This document shows, piece after piece, positions 36,827 through 44,808 of a DNA stretch of 64,000 nt; within the stretch, counting starts at the first letter, position 1; every line of letters begins with the position of its first letter. The notes under the pieces were generated by a model. That model was not told where the DNA came from. It worked only from the letters and a program-made list of their open reading frames with translations, and did no database searches. A program made the position numbers and the translations under genes. Source of the DNA: a virus; IMG/VR virus record IMGVR_UViG_3300028028_000001, positions 32,739-96,738 of that record, one strand, 5' to 3'.

Positions 36827-37690
36827 ATGGACTTTTCACGAATCTATAGCACTTTGGAGCGGATACGGGCCGCGATTGCTTCTCCTGCGATTCCTGCTGG
36901 TGCGGCGACATCATCCAACCAAACGACCGGAGCCCAGAAGACCCAACTCTGCGGCGCTGGCCCTGGATACGCCGCGCTTGATGTTGCGACCGCCACGAAG
37001 CAGAGCGACGGCTCCCAGAAGACCATGATCATGGGCGTCGAGGGTGCCAACCAGCGTCAGGTCAAGGTCAACCCGCTGGGAGCCGTGAACATCGACGCTC
37101 CGCAGCTTCCCGCAGCCCTCGATGGAGTCTCGCTCAAGGTCAAGGAGCAGAGCCCCCTGACCGGGTTCGCCCTTGAGGCCGGTGGAAACCTCGCGAGCAT
37201 CAAAGGCGACATGACCACACTCGCGGGCATTGACTACGCGACTGACACGAATCTCGCCGACGTGCTCACGTCGCTCTCTGCCGGTGGCGACGCCCTGAAC
37301 GCGATTAACGCGCCGGCAAGAGGCACCAGGATCCCGCTGGCGACGATCGTGCTGGCGGCCGAAACCGGAGTCACCGAGTACGCCCTTGCGACCGGCCTCC
37401 CCGCAGGTACGGAGATCGACATCGTTGGAGTCAAGGGCGGGCTCTCTGCTGCTCCTGGCGCTGCGACCTGGAGGATCCACGCGAGCGACGTGACCGGCTG
37501 GACCCCGCTCGACTACGAAGAGGAGTGTTACACGTCGGCGGCTACTGCGGTGGCCTCGCCCATCGGCGACAGCATCCCGAACAATCCCGCCATGCTCACC
37601 GTCCCCGTGAGTGGAAACATCTTCGTTCGAATCATCCCCAACGCTGGAACCATCACGGGCAGCGTCAAGATCCGCATTGTAAGGCGGTAA
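36827..37690 (+). CDS. tail fibre-module protein
   Basis: 287-aa ORF, A/G/T-rich. Confidence 0.5.
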   Translation: MDFSRIYSTLERIRAAIASPAIPAGAATSSNQTTGAQKTQLCGAGPGYAALDVATATKQSDGSQKTMIMGVEGANQRQVKVNPLGAVNIDAPQLPAALDGVSLKVKEQSPLTGFALEAGGNLASIKGDMTTLAGIDYATDTNLADVLTSLSAGGDALNAINAPARGTRIPLATIVLAAETGVTEYALATGLPAGTEIDIVGVKGGLSAAPGAATWRIHASDVTGWTPLDYEEECYTSAATAVASPIGDSIPNNPAMLTVPVSGNIFVRIIPNAGTITGSVKIRIVRR

Positions 37691-37691
37691 C

Positions 37692-38849
37692 ATGTCATTC
37701 CCCAGCCAGCCCCAGCTTCCCGCCGGCTCGATTGTACCGACTCTGCCGGTTGTTCCTGTGGCCTTGCCAGCCCCGAGCCTCCCCACAATCACCCCAAGCG
37801 GAACCTTCGTTTGGGGCAACTGCGAAACCTACGTAGAGGAAACCCTTACCCTGACCTGTGCTGCGGGTGTGTCCCCGGGATCGTGCCTCCTCACGTTCAC
37901 GGGTGACGCAGACGCGTTCGAGATGGTCGAGCGTGATGGGGTGATCATCGACCCCCCGCAGGACTGCTCGACGATATCCGACCAACAGAGCCGATTTTCC
38001 GTGGCTCCAGGCGGCTCCACGACCGCGAAGTTCCGATTCATACCGACCGATGGCGCGGCAAAGTCTGCAACTCTGACCGTCACAAACGAGCTTGGAGCCA
38101 GTCTTGGCACGTTCACGATGTCAGGAACGTGGACGGACACATTCGTTATCGCCAATATTTCCGCGGGAATGTCGCTCTATTGCGCGCGGGACATTTCAGT
38201 AGGAGCGCTATCCCTGGGTACACGATTCAGGGATATGTCCGGCGTTCTACCAGATCACATCGCAATAGTGCCCGCGGGGGAGTGGGCCATTAAAAGCGAC
38301 GCACCGATCGGGGCTTGTGCATCGCTCGCTAAATGCGTCGAGTCAGATACTCAGACGGATTGGGTTGCCGGTGCTACTCGACGGCAAATCACAATCGAAA
38401 GCAATCTTTCCACGGGGGCGATAGCGGGCTTCGTCGTCTTCAAAGTACCAAGTTATTACTACTACGTCACCCTTTGGATGAACAAGGGAAACTGTCTGGT
38501 GGAAGGCGGTTTGAACCCGTCGTTTGGGATATATACAAGTGCAACACAGATTGCGCTTTACGTCAACGATGGAGGTGGGTTTGCACAAGTCAATCACGCA
38601 TCAACGGCCGGTGTTCTTTTTGCGGCTTGGCGCCGATCGGGCGGAACGACCTATCACTATCTTTCCGCTGTCGGCGGTGCGTGGAAGGGGCTGGGGTCGG
38701 CCTCCTCTGCAACGTTTCAGGTCGTAAAGGGCTCCATGATCTACCCCGATTGCACCCCGACAAGAGTGGATAATCTCATGTACGCTTGGGGGATCAGCGA
38801 ATTTGACACATCAGAGGCGGACCTCCAGGCCATCTTCGAGGCGATGTGA
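37692..38849 (+). CDS. tail fibre-module protein
   Basis: 385-aa ORF; AT-richer C-terminal half. Confidence 0.5.
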   Translation: MSFPSQPQLPAGSIVPTLPVVPVALPAPSLPTITPSGTFVWGNCETYVEETLTLTCAAGVSPGSCLLTFTGDADAFEMVERDGVIIDPPQDCSTISDQQSRFSVAPGGSTTAKFRFIPTDGAAKSATLTVTNELGASLGTFTMSGTWTDTFVIANISAGMSLYCARDISVGALSLGTRFRDMSGVLPDHIAIVPAGEWAIKSDAPIGACASLAKCVESDTQTDWVAGATRRQITIESNLSTGAIAGFVVFKVPSYYYYVTLWMNKGNCLVEGGLNPSFGIYTSATQIALYVNDGGGFAQVNHASTAGVLFAAWRRSGGTTYHYLSAVGGAWKGLGSASSATFQVVKGSMIYPDCTPTRVDNLMYAWGISEFDTSEADLQAIFEAM

Positions 38850-39436
38850 TGAAACCCTACCTCATCACCGCGCACACGCCCCACCCAGGAGCGGACCCTG
38901 ATGGCCCGGGAGGAATCCCCTCGGAGTCCGAACTCTCCCCCGTGGTCTGCCGCGAGGTCTGCCGCCTTGTCCAGGGCGCTCGACTCGCGGAGGGTGCTAC
39001 GTCAGGAGACCGGCGCGCGTTCGTGGCGGCTCAAAGTGGCGAGCGCCTGGCCATCGAGGTGCATGCCAACATGGGTAGGGGCAGAGCCGGGATCGTCTTC
39101 TACATGCCCGGGTCGAAGCGTGGTGAAAGGGCCGCTCGTCTCATCGCCGCAGAGCTCCAGCGCGAGATCCGGATCATCGCGCCCGATTACTACTGCATCG
39201 TCCAGCCGGCCCAAGACAAGTGGGATGACGGATCCGAAGCGTGGCCGAACACGCAGGACGCGCTTCATTGGACATGGCCGGACGATCCCAAGAAGTTCAA
39301 GAAAATGGTGGAATGCTCCGGTGTGCTGGTCGAGCTCGGGTTCCTGGACCAACCCAAGCACGCGGCGCTGTGGAAGGAAGACGGACTCAAGATTTGTGCC
39401 CGAGGCATTGCTTCCGGGTTATGGATGATGTCATGA
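38846..39436 (+). CDS. endolysin, N-acetylmuramoyl-L-alanine amidase (Amidase_3-like)
   Basis: LAIEVHANMG, GIVFYMPGS, AARLIAAELQ, GVLVELGFLDQPKHAALW. Confidence 0.7.
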   Translation: MMKPYLITAHTPHPGADPDGPGGIPSESELSPVVCREVCRLVQGARLAEGATSGDRRAFVAAQSGERLAIEVHANMGRGRAGIVFYMPGSKRGERAARLIAAELQREIRIIAPDYYCIVQPAQDKWDDGSEAWPNTQDALHWTWPDDPKKFKKMVECSGVLVELGFLDQPKHAALWKEDGLKICARGIASGLWMMS

Positions 39437-39657
39437 ACCAGCGCCTCACCATGATCCTCCTCGCGCTCGGAGTCATGGCCTCCTGCCTGCTCATGGGGCG
39501 ATGTTCGGCGCCACCTTGCCGGGAGTGCCCACCTCCCCCAATATGCCCCAGCGTTGACGTGGAAGCCCGCGACGTGCAGATCAGAGCGCTCCGGGATATG
39601 GAGCCGGACCTTCGGACCGAGGAGATCGCTACCCTTCTTGAGGAGTGCCTCCGATGA
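39433..39657 (+). CDS. small membrane/lipoprotein candidate of lysis cassette
   Basis: ATGA coupling; MILLALGVMASC signal, Cys/Pro-rich. Confidence 0.45.
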   Translation: MNQRLTMILLALGVMASCLLMGRCSAPPCRECPPPPICPSVDVEARDVQIRALRDMEPDLRTEEIATLLEECLR

Positions 39658-39827
39658 ACGATGAGCACGATATGCCCGCATTCTCCGGCTCCAACGACAG
39701 TTGGATCGAGAAGAGGCGGATCCGAGAGCAGATCGCGGGTTCCTGTACCTACTGCCGCCCCCATTCGGGCGAAAACCGGCGCAAGGGAAACCGTCCGCCC
39801 CAGAAAAAACGGAAGGACTGGCGATGA
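39654..39827 (+). CDS. small basic protein (57 aa)
   Basis: ATGA coupling both ends, GAGGAG 9 nt upstream. Confidence 0.35.
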   Translation: MNDEHDMPAFSGSNDSWIEKRRIREQIAGSCTYCRPHSGENRRKGNRPPQKKRKDWR

Positions 39828-40228
39828 TCTGGCTCCTCCTAACCGGTTGCATCCACACGATCGAGCCGCTCTATCCGGACGTGCCGCCCGTTGCGCCGGC
39901 TCGCGAAGAAGTGCCGGCTTCGTTGGATGACGTGCCGGGCGTGGGGTTCTACATCCCCGGAAAGCCAGCGCCGTTCGTTGACGCGCAATGCCGGGCGACT
40001 GGACGCGGGCAGGTCCTTCCTCAATCGGATTCGGTACTTGTGATTCAACAATCCCGAGACCTTGACTTCTGGCGCCAGTACGGCATGGACCGATACCAGG
40101 AGCGGCAGGGCTACGAGAATTCGAGGCAGTTTCTTTACTCCGAGGCGGTGGTCGCCCGGAGAAAAATGATCTGGGGGACCGCTTCCGATGTCGGAGTTGG
40201 GATCCTGGTTGAATTCATTATCCTGTGA
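39824..40228 (+). CDS. lipoprotein with C-terminal hydrophobic segment; unimolecular-spanin-like architecture
   Basis: MIWLLLTGC lipobox, C-terminal WGTASDVGVGILVEFIIL. Confidence 0.4.
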   Translation: MIWLLLTGCIHTIEPLYPDVPPVAPAREEVPASLDDVPGVGFYIPGKPAPFVDAQCRATGRGQVLPQSDSVLVIQQSRDLDFWRQYGMDRYQERQGYENSRQFLYSEAVVARRKMIWGTASDVGVGILVEFIIL

Positions 40229-40241
40229 TGCGGAGATGAAC

Positions 40242-40781
40242 ATGGCAGAACCGAAAGTCAAACCGGACCAGGACCACGAGACAACGCAGGAGTGTTTCAG
40301 GTCTACGGTTGCCAGACTGGATGAATCATCGAAGGCTATGGCCGGGCTTCCTCCTGCTATGGCCGTGCTTGGTGAAAAGATAGACCGAGCAGTTGACGAG
40401 ATCAACAGCACTGCCGCAGCGGCTATGGCACTTGTGCATGGTAGTATTGCCCAAGTTGCGGCCGTGGTAGCCGTTGCCACATCGCACGCTGAAATGGTTG
40501 CAAGGCGAGAGGCTATTGAAGCCAAAAAAGAGGCGGACAAAATCGCAGTAGCGAAAGAAAAGGAAGCTCAGTGGTGGGGTAGAATCGACCGGGTCGGCGG
40601 GAAACTGACCATTCCCGCGCTTATTGTGCTGACATCTCTCGCGAATTGTCTGGCATCGAGAATGAGTTATCAGCCTGCTGCCGTTGCACAAACCGCATCG
40701 GTGGCGGCTGTGGCGACGACTGCGACGGTGGCTCCAACGGCGGCTGTTGCCCCTACGGCTGCGGTGGCTACATCGCCGTGA
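40242..40781 (+). CDS. hypothetical membrane-associated protein (holin/lysis accessory?)
   Basis: GGAG 6 nt before ATG 40242; TM-like LTIPALIVLTSLANCLA; VAPTAA repeats at C-terminus. Confidence 0.4.
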   Translation: MAEPKVKPDQDHETTQECFRSTVARLDESSKAMAGLPPAMAVLGEKIDRAVDEINSTAAAAMALVHGSIAQVAAVVAVATSHAEMVARREAIEAKKEADKIAVAKEKEAQWWGRIDRVGGKLTIPALIVLTSLANCLASRMSYQPAAVAQTASVAAVATTATVAPTAAVAPTAAVATSP

Positions 40782-40963
40782 AGTGGGCGATCCTGTTTCT
40801 TTTGGCGATCGATGAGTGCCCCGGCTCGAACATCGAGGAGGCGCTTATAGATTATGAGGATCGGTGCGGGGAGAGTCTTGCTGTGGCGGGCTACCCTACG
40901 CCGGAATGCGTTGCTGCTATCGAGGTTTCTGATTGTGGGGTTGTGCCGGGGGAGTGTAAATAG
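40778..40963 (+). CDS. small secreted Cys-rich protein candidate
   Basis: GTGA coupling; VKWAILFLLAIDEC hydrophobic N-terminus. Confidence 0.35.
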   Translation: MKWAILFLLAIDECPGSNIEEALIDYEDRCGESLAVAGYPTPECVAAIEVSDCGVVPGECK

Positions 40964-40965
40964 CA

Positions 40966-40994
40966 GCGACCGCATAGGATCGCTATACGGTCGC
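40966..40994. terminator. hairpin at convergence point of the two gene blocks
   Basis: gcgaccg-c-atag gatcg ctat-a-cggtcgc; no strong U-tract on either strand. Confidence 0.3.
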
Positions 40995-41064
40995 GGTACT
41001 CCTTGTGCGACTTGGCACATGAGCTGAAATCAGTTTAGCATGGGTTAGGGTGGGGCAAGGGCCT

Positions 41065-41325
41065 TCACAGGTCATACTCCGATGTCTTGTTCATGCCGCG
41101 CCGCTCATCTCGGAGAGCGCGACGAAGAACCTTCTTGGCGATTCCTGGCGGTAATAGGGGAACGTCTCGAAAGAACGGCGTACCGGAGCAGTTTGGGCAA
41201 TCGCCATAGCGACATGAGTTTATGACGGGATCCATGAACCAAAGGAGCGGCTTTTTACCTCGCCTGACCCGTCGCGTCTCGAATCCGCACATCCAACAGC
41301 GGACTTTGTAGCGGTGATGGCGCAT
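41065..41325 (-). CDS. small Cys-rich (zinc-finger-like) protein
   Basis: CWMCG...CRYGDCPNC. Confidence 0.45.
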   Translation of the reverse strand: MRHHRYKVRCWMCGFETRRVRRGKKPLLWFMDPVINSCRYGDCPNCSGTPFFRDVPLLPPGIAKKVLRRALRDERRGMNKTSEYDL

Positions 41326-41327
41326 CG

Positions 41328-41636
41328 CTACTCCGGCAAAGGCACGTCAACAAGCCGATAGTTGATCATTTCAACGTGCCCATGGTGGTCCATTCTGGCC
41401 ACAAGGTCCTCATCTCCATCCGCCTCCGCTTGCTCACGGGTCACTCGGTCGCACTCCTCGGTCATGCCATGGACCACGCCCCAACAGATTCCGGTTACGG
41501 CATCGTCCCAGCCGTCTTCGGCGTGCTCTCTCATGTCGTCTATGGCCTCCTGACAGCGCTTGCGGGCTTCGTCGGCCGTCGCGTGAAAGTCGGTCCCGTC
41601 GTCGGGGACGTAGCTGAAATAGTTGCGTTCGGTCAT
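41328..41636 (-). CDS. acidic hypothetical protein
   Basis: 102-aa D/E-rich ORF, ATGA-coupled upstream. Confidence 0.5.
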   Translation of the reverse strand: MTERNYFSYVPDDGTDFHATADEARKRCQEAIDDMREHAEDGWDDAVTGICWGVVHGMTEECDRVTREQAEADGDEDLVARMDHHGHVEMINYRLVDVPLPE

Positions 41637-42061
41637 TTCTTCAATCCTTTCGCTAACAGTTCCATAAATGTAGGGGGAATGGGTTCCTCAAAAAAGAGAT
41701 ATCCCTCTGTACCTTTATACGCCCAATATAAATCCTGGTAGTATCCAAGTTGTTCATCGTCCACAACACACGCTTTTTTCTCCGGAGCCCACGACCAGGT
41801 GCAAAGTTTGCCATCGACTATCTTCGTACCTTGAAAGGCGTAAAGCAATGAAATACGCTGGCCATGTGCATCCATGAAGGGCTTGCTATCGACACCGCGA
41901 CGATGATGATCCTCGTAGTATTCTCCGCAATGTGGGCACGGAATATGTGGAAAGAAAAGACGCGCCATGAACGGATGAAAGGCACCGGCCCGAAGATAAA
42001 ACAGGATCCCTCCGTTTTGGGATAGGTCTATGATTTTCTCAGTCATCAGGTCGTCAAACAT
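41633..42061 (-). CDS. hypothetical protein in AT-rich patch
   Basis: 142-aa ORF; two 60-nt lines (41641-41760) hand-counted at 40 percent GC versus about 58 percent in a capsid-gene line. Confidence 0.55.
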   Translation of the reverse strand: MFDDLMTEKIIDLSQNGGILFYLRAGAFHPFMARLFFPHIPCPHCGEYYEDHHRRGVDSKPFMDAHGQRISLLYAFQGTKIVDGKLCTWSWAPEKKACVVDDEQLGYYQDLYWAYKGTEGYLFFEEPIPPTFMELLAKGLKK

Positions 42062-42091
42062 TATTTCACCTGTTTCCTTTTTGGAAAAGAA

Positions 42092-42319
42092 TCATCTCCT
42101 CCACCATTCCCGCGCAGGAGGCGGGCGCTTTTCGTGTTTCTTTTTCGGAGGGTCGGCAGGTATGGGTTGGTGCCAACACAAGTAGTACGCCGTTTCCGTG
42201 GCATTTGAGACCGGATATTCACCCGTCCCGAGGCACGTCGGGCAGTCCGATTGAGTGCTTGTGATGTCTCGGTTGTTTATCCAACCGAGACCTTTGCACG
42301 TTGGGCAAGGCGTGGGCAT
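42092..42319 (-). CDS. DnaJ-type zinc-finger mini-protein
   Basis: CPTCKGLG and CPTCLGTG (CxxCxGxG x2); ATG 42319 shares a base with upstream stop (TGATG). Confidence 0.5.
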   Translation of the reverse strand: MPTPCPTCKGLGWINNRDITSTQSDCPTCLGTGEYPVSNATETAYYLCWHQPIPADPPKKKHEKRPPPAREWWRR

Positions 42320-42663
42320 CACCACTCCGTAGAGTAAAGGAACCCGGAAGGCTGCAACGCCCACCAGGAGGCCTTCGCGTGAATCCCGTACCGGAAAGGA
42401 CCATCCGGGTACGTGTTGCCCATGGCCTTCGTGATGACGATGCACTTGGACAAGTCCGCGCCCGCGTGCTCGGCATGGATGAGTTCTTCTTTTACGGTGA
42501 AGTCGTCTTCAAAGCCGACATCTACCGATTCGTCATCGGACAGTTGATCCCACTCTTCATCGTAGGTGTACGGTTCGCCCGTGTGCTCCTCGTAAACCGT
42601 GAGCACGTCTGATGCTGTTTCGGCTATGAACGTGTCCGTGCCGTTTGTGAAAAGGTGGCGCAT
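42319..42663 (-). CDS. hypothetical acidic protein
   Basis: ATG 42663 preceded by AAGGA; a GTG at 42708 is an alternative start. Confidence 0.45.
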   Translation of the reverse strand: MRHLFTNGTDTFIAETASDVLTVYEEHTGEPYTYDEEWDQLSDDESVDVGFEDDFTVKEELIHAEHAGADLSKCIVITKAMGNTYPDGPFRYGIHAKASWWALQPSGFLYSTEW

Positions 42664-42695
42664 TTTCTTGTCCTTGGGATGAAAGGTGTACCGGG

Positions 42696-43445
42696 TCACT
42701 CCTCGCACCCCTCGAAAATGATGGATTCAAGGTGCCCTTCCAGCAGAGGGAAACTCATCCACTTGTCCGGATCCTGTCGCAACAGCCGGAGGTCAAGCCA
42801 GCAGTTGAAGCGCTCTTCCAAGTTGGCCCGGGTCAACCCCGCGCGTACTTCGGGTTCGATGAACCCCTCCGAATCGCTGGTGTCCACGGGTTCGACCACC
42901 GGCACGGGCTCCACGGTCGTCTTCTTCTTCGCGACAACGACTCTCCGTCTGACTTCGGGCGCCCGCGCGAGCTCTTCCAGCCGTCCGGCTTTCTCCGCCG
43001 CTCGATAGTGCTTGTGGCACAACCCGCCCTTGTGATCCGGAGTCGAGCAACCCTCGATCCGGCAAACTCCGGGCGTCGTGGAGTTGCCGATTTTCATCTC
43101 GACAACCGGAGCCACGGGCGCGAACTCATCAAGTCGGTTTTCCGCGAGCGCGCGCTGGTAGTGGCGCTCACAGAGGCCCTTGCGCTTTGCCCCGAATCGG
43201 CACCCTTCGACGTTGCACCGGCCATAGACCGGATTGGAAGCCCGGTGCATTTCATCGGGGATCTTACGCATCGTGCTCTCCGGGGGTTCGCAGAGACCCG
43301 CCTTGATGACCTGCTCTCGGTGTTCTCGGCAAAGGTGGCGCGTTTCAGGGGACCGTAGAGGACCCGTGGCGTTGCGATAGATCGTGACGCGCTCGGTTCC
43401 GCCGAAAGAGGCGGTGCATCCTGTCACGTCGCAGGGGTGGGTCAT
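42696..43445 (-). CDS. protein with three C-x3-GC-x7-9-GLC-x2-H(Y/R) zinc-ribbon repeats (putative DNA binding)
   Basis: CDVTGC...HLCREHR, CNVEGCRFGAKRKGLCERHYQR, CRIEGCSTPDHKGGLCHKHYR; start set at MTHPC because upstream codons are the tRNA. Confidence 0.6.
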   Translation of the reverse strand: MTHPCDVTGCTASFGGTERVTIYRNATGPLRSPETRHLCREHREQVIKAGLCEPPESTMRKIPDEMHRASNPVYGRCNVEGCRFGAKRKGLCERHYQRALAENRLDEFAPVAPVVEMKIGNSTTPGVCRIEGCSTPDHKGGLCHKHYRAAEKAGRLEELARAPEVRRRVVVAKKKTTVEPVPVVEPVDTSDSEGFIEPEVRAGLTRANLEERFNCWLDLRLLRQDPDKWMSFPLLEGHLESIIFEGCEE

Positions 43446-43464
43446 GTTGGCTCCTTGAAAAGAA

Positions 43465-43536
43465 TGGACCCGGTGGGAGTCGAACCCACGACATCCTGCT
43501 TGCAAGGCAGGCGCTCTCCCGCTGAGCTACGGGCCC
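43465..43536 (-). tRNA. tRNA-Ala (anticodon UGC), no encoded CCA
   Basis: GGGCCCGTAGCTCAGCGGGAGAGCGCCTGCCTTGCAAGCAGGATGTCGTGGGTTCGACTCCCACCGGGTCCA folds as a cloverleaf; G3:U70 pair; TTCGACT T-loop. Confidence 0.9.
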
Positions 43537-43544
43537 GGTGGTGG

Positions 43545-43808
43545 TCAGATCCCCGGGTGGGGACCCGTGCGCCAGTCGAAGCCGCCGAGCACGGAGTCGA
43601 ACCACTCGCCCGGGTCGGCTCCCCAGCCGTCTTCATCGTCTTCGTCGCCCGTGTCGTCGCCGTCGCCCGTGTCCTCGGTTTCGCCGGTGTCAGGATCGGG
43701 TTCGATCGGGGAATCCCATCCCGGCGGGTGGAATTCGTCCGGGATGACGCGGATCGTGGGGCCGTCGAGCGGACTGGCGGCGAGAAGGGCGAGAAGTAGG
43801 AATCTCAT
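43545..43808 (-). CDS. secreted highly acidic protein candidate
   Basis: MRFLLLALLAASP signal; DTGETEDTGDGDDTGDEDDEDG. Confidence 0.5.
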   Translation of the reverse strand: MRFLLLALLAASPLDGPTIRVIPDEFHPPGWDSPIEPDPDTGETEDTGDGDDTGDEDDEDGWGADPGEWFDSVLGGFDWRTGPHPGI

Positions 43809-43966
43809 GGTTTCTCCTGTTTTGGTGGTTCAGTCTTGTGGGTAGTAACATGTTGAGCAGAAAGGGCAAGGCCTCGCGCGATTCGGGCGCGGCGGTAGAA
43901 GAATCGGAAGAGGTCAGCGAAAAGCCAGCCGAGAAGGAAACCGGCGATGAGAAGGGCGTAGTTCAT
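43805..43966 (-). CDS. small single-pass membrane protein
   Basis: MNYALLIAGFLLGWLFADLF; ATGA coupling with radical-SAM gene. Confidence 0.45.
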   Translation of the reverse strand: MNYALLIAGFLLGWLFADLFRFFYRRARIARGLALSAQHVTTHKTEPPKQEKP

Positions 43967-44808
43967 CTCTCGATCTCCTGATTGGGTTCGCCGTCCAGAG
44001 GGCCGGCCAGTTTCGCGATCAATGCCGGTCGGAACCATCGCCGTTGAAAAGCGCGCCATTCTGGTTTGAATTGCCCGCCGTCATCTCGCCAGAGCATCGC
44101 GGCGGGAAAGATCCCAGTCTCCAGGACCGCTCGAAGCCGCGTTTCTGCTTTCTCGAAGGTGTCGCTCGGAAACCCGATCAGGACGTAGCAGCGGACCCGA
44201 TGGCCCGCAAAGTGCTGTCCGGCTTCCTTGAGCACCTCCGCTGCCCGCTTGACGTGATCCCAATCGTCAGGGGTGTCGTAGGCCAAGAAGATGCTTTCTG
44301 GGTGTAGTTTGACGAGAGCAGCGGCAACGTCGCGCGTTATCCGTTTCGGTTCGAGCCCGCCTGTGAATTGCGGACGTTTCGGTTGCCGAGCGAGCATGGC
44401 GAATACGTCGGTAATGTGCCCATCGGAGCAAGCTAATAGGTTGTCGTCGAGCACGTTCCAACCATCATGAATCGAGAGTTCTCGGATTGTGCCTTCGCGC
44501 TTCGGTACAGAGCAGAACCAGCAGCGATTTGGGCACCCGCGAGACGTGATCGTGTAGCCGTGTCGGAGGTACTGGCCGGACTCGAAGTCACCTCCGGGCA
44601 GGCCAAGAGCAGGGCCGCCTACCTGGACAGGCGCAATCCTGGCCCACGAATCCGCAAGCATCCGAGCGACCGGGAGATCCCAGGTAAACGCCACCGATAC
44701 CCTAACCTCTGTGATTCCGTCTGGAATGAACAGCGGGGGATCTCCGATGAACGTCAGCGGATCGGTTGGCGTTGCTTGGGTTCGCCGTGGGAAAACGCGC
44801 GCAATCAT
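43963..44808 (-). CDS. radical SAM domain protein
   Basis: TSRGCPNRCWFCSV (CxxxCxxC); ATG 44808 in ATGA overlap with upstream stop. Confidence 0.7.
   Translation of the reverse strand: MIARVFPRRTQATPTDPLTFIGDPPLFIPDGITEVRVSVAFTWDLPVARMLADSWARIAPVQVGGPALGLPGGDFESGQYLRHGYTITSRGCPNRCWFCSVPKREGTIRELSIHDGWNVLDDNLLACSDGHITDVFAMLARQPKRPQFTGGLEPKRITRDVAAALVKLHPESIFLAYDTPDDWDHVKRAAEVLKEAGQHFAGHRVRCYVLIGFPSDTFEKAETRLRAVLETGIFPAAMLWRDDGGQFKPEWRAFQRRWFRPALIAKLAGPLDGEPNQEIER
43973..43995 (-). repeat. 23-nt direct repeat, copy 1 (3' end of radical-SAM gene plus SD of next gene)
   Basis: minus-strand GACGGCGAACCCAATCAGGAGAT, identical to 44815-44837. Confidence 0.9.

Noticed and set aside
43446-43505. N-terminal extension MQAGCRGFDSHRVHSFQGAN of ORF 42696..43505
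   Set aside because: These codons are the tRNA-Ala gene read as protein; GFDSHR is the T-arm. The start was moved to 43445.
43465-43536. tRNA as a prophage attachment site or genome end
   Set aside because: No integrase, excisionase or att-like duplicate is in the window. Phage genes continue on both sides in the same operon.
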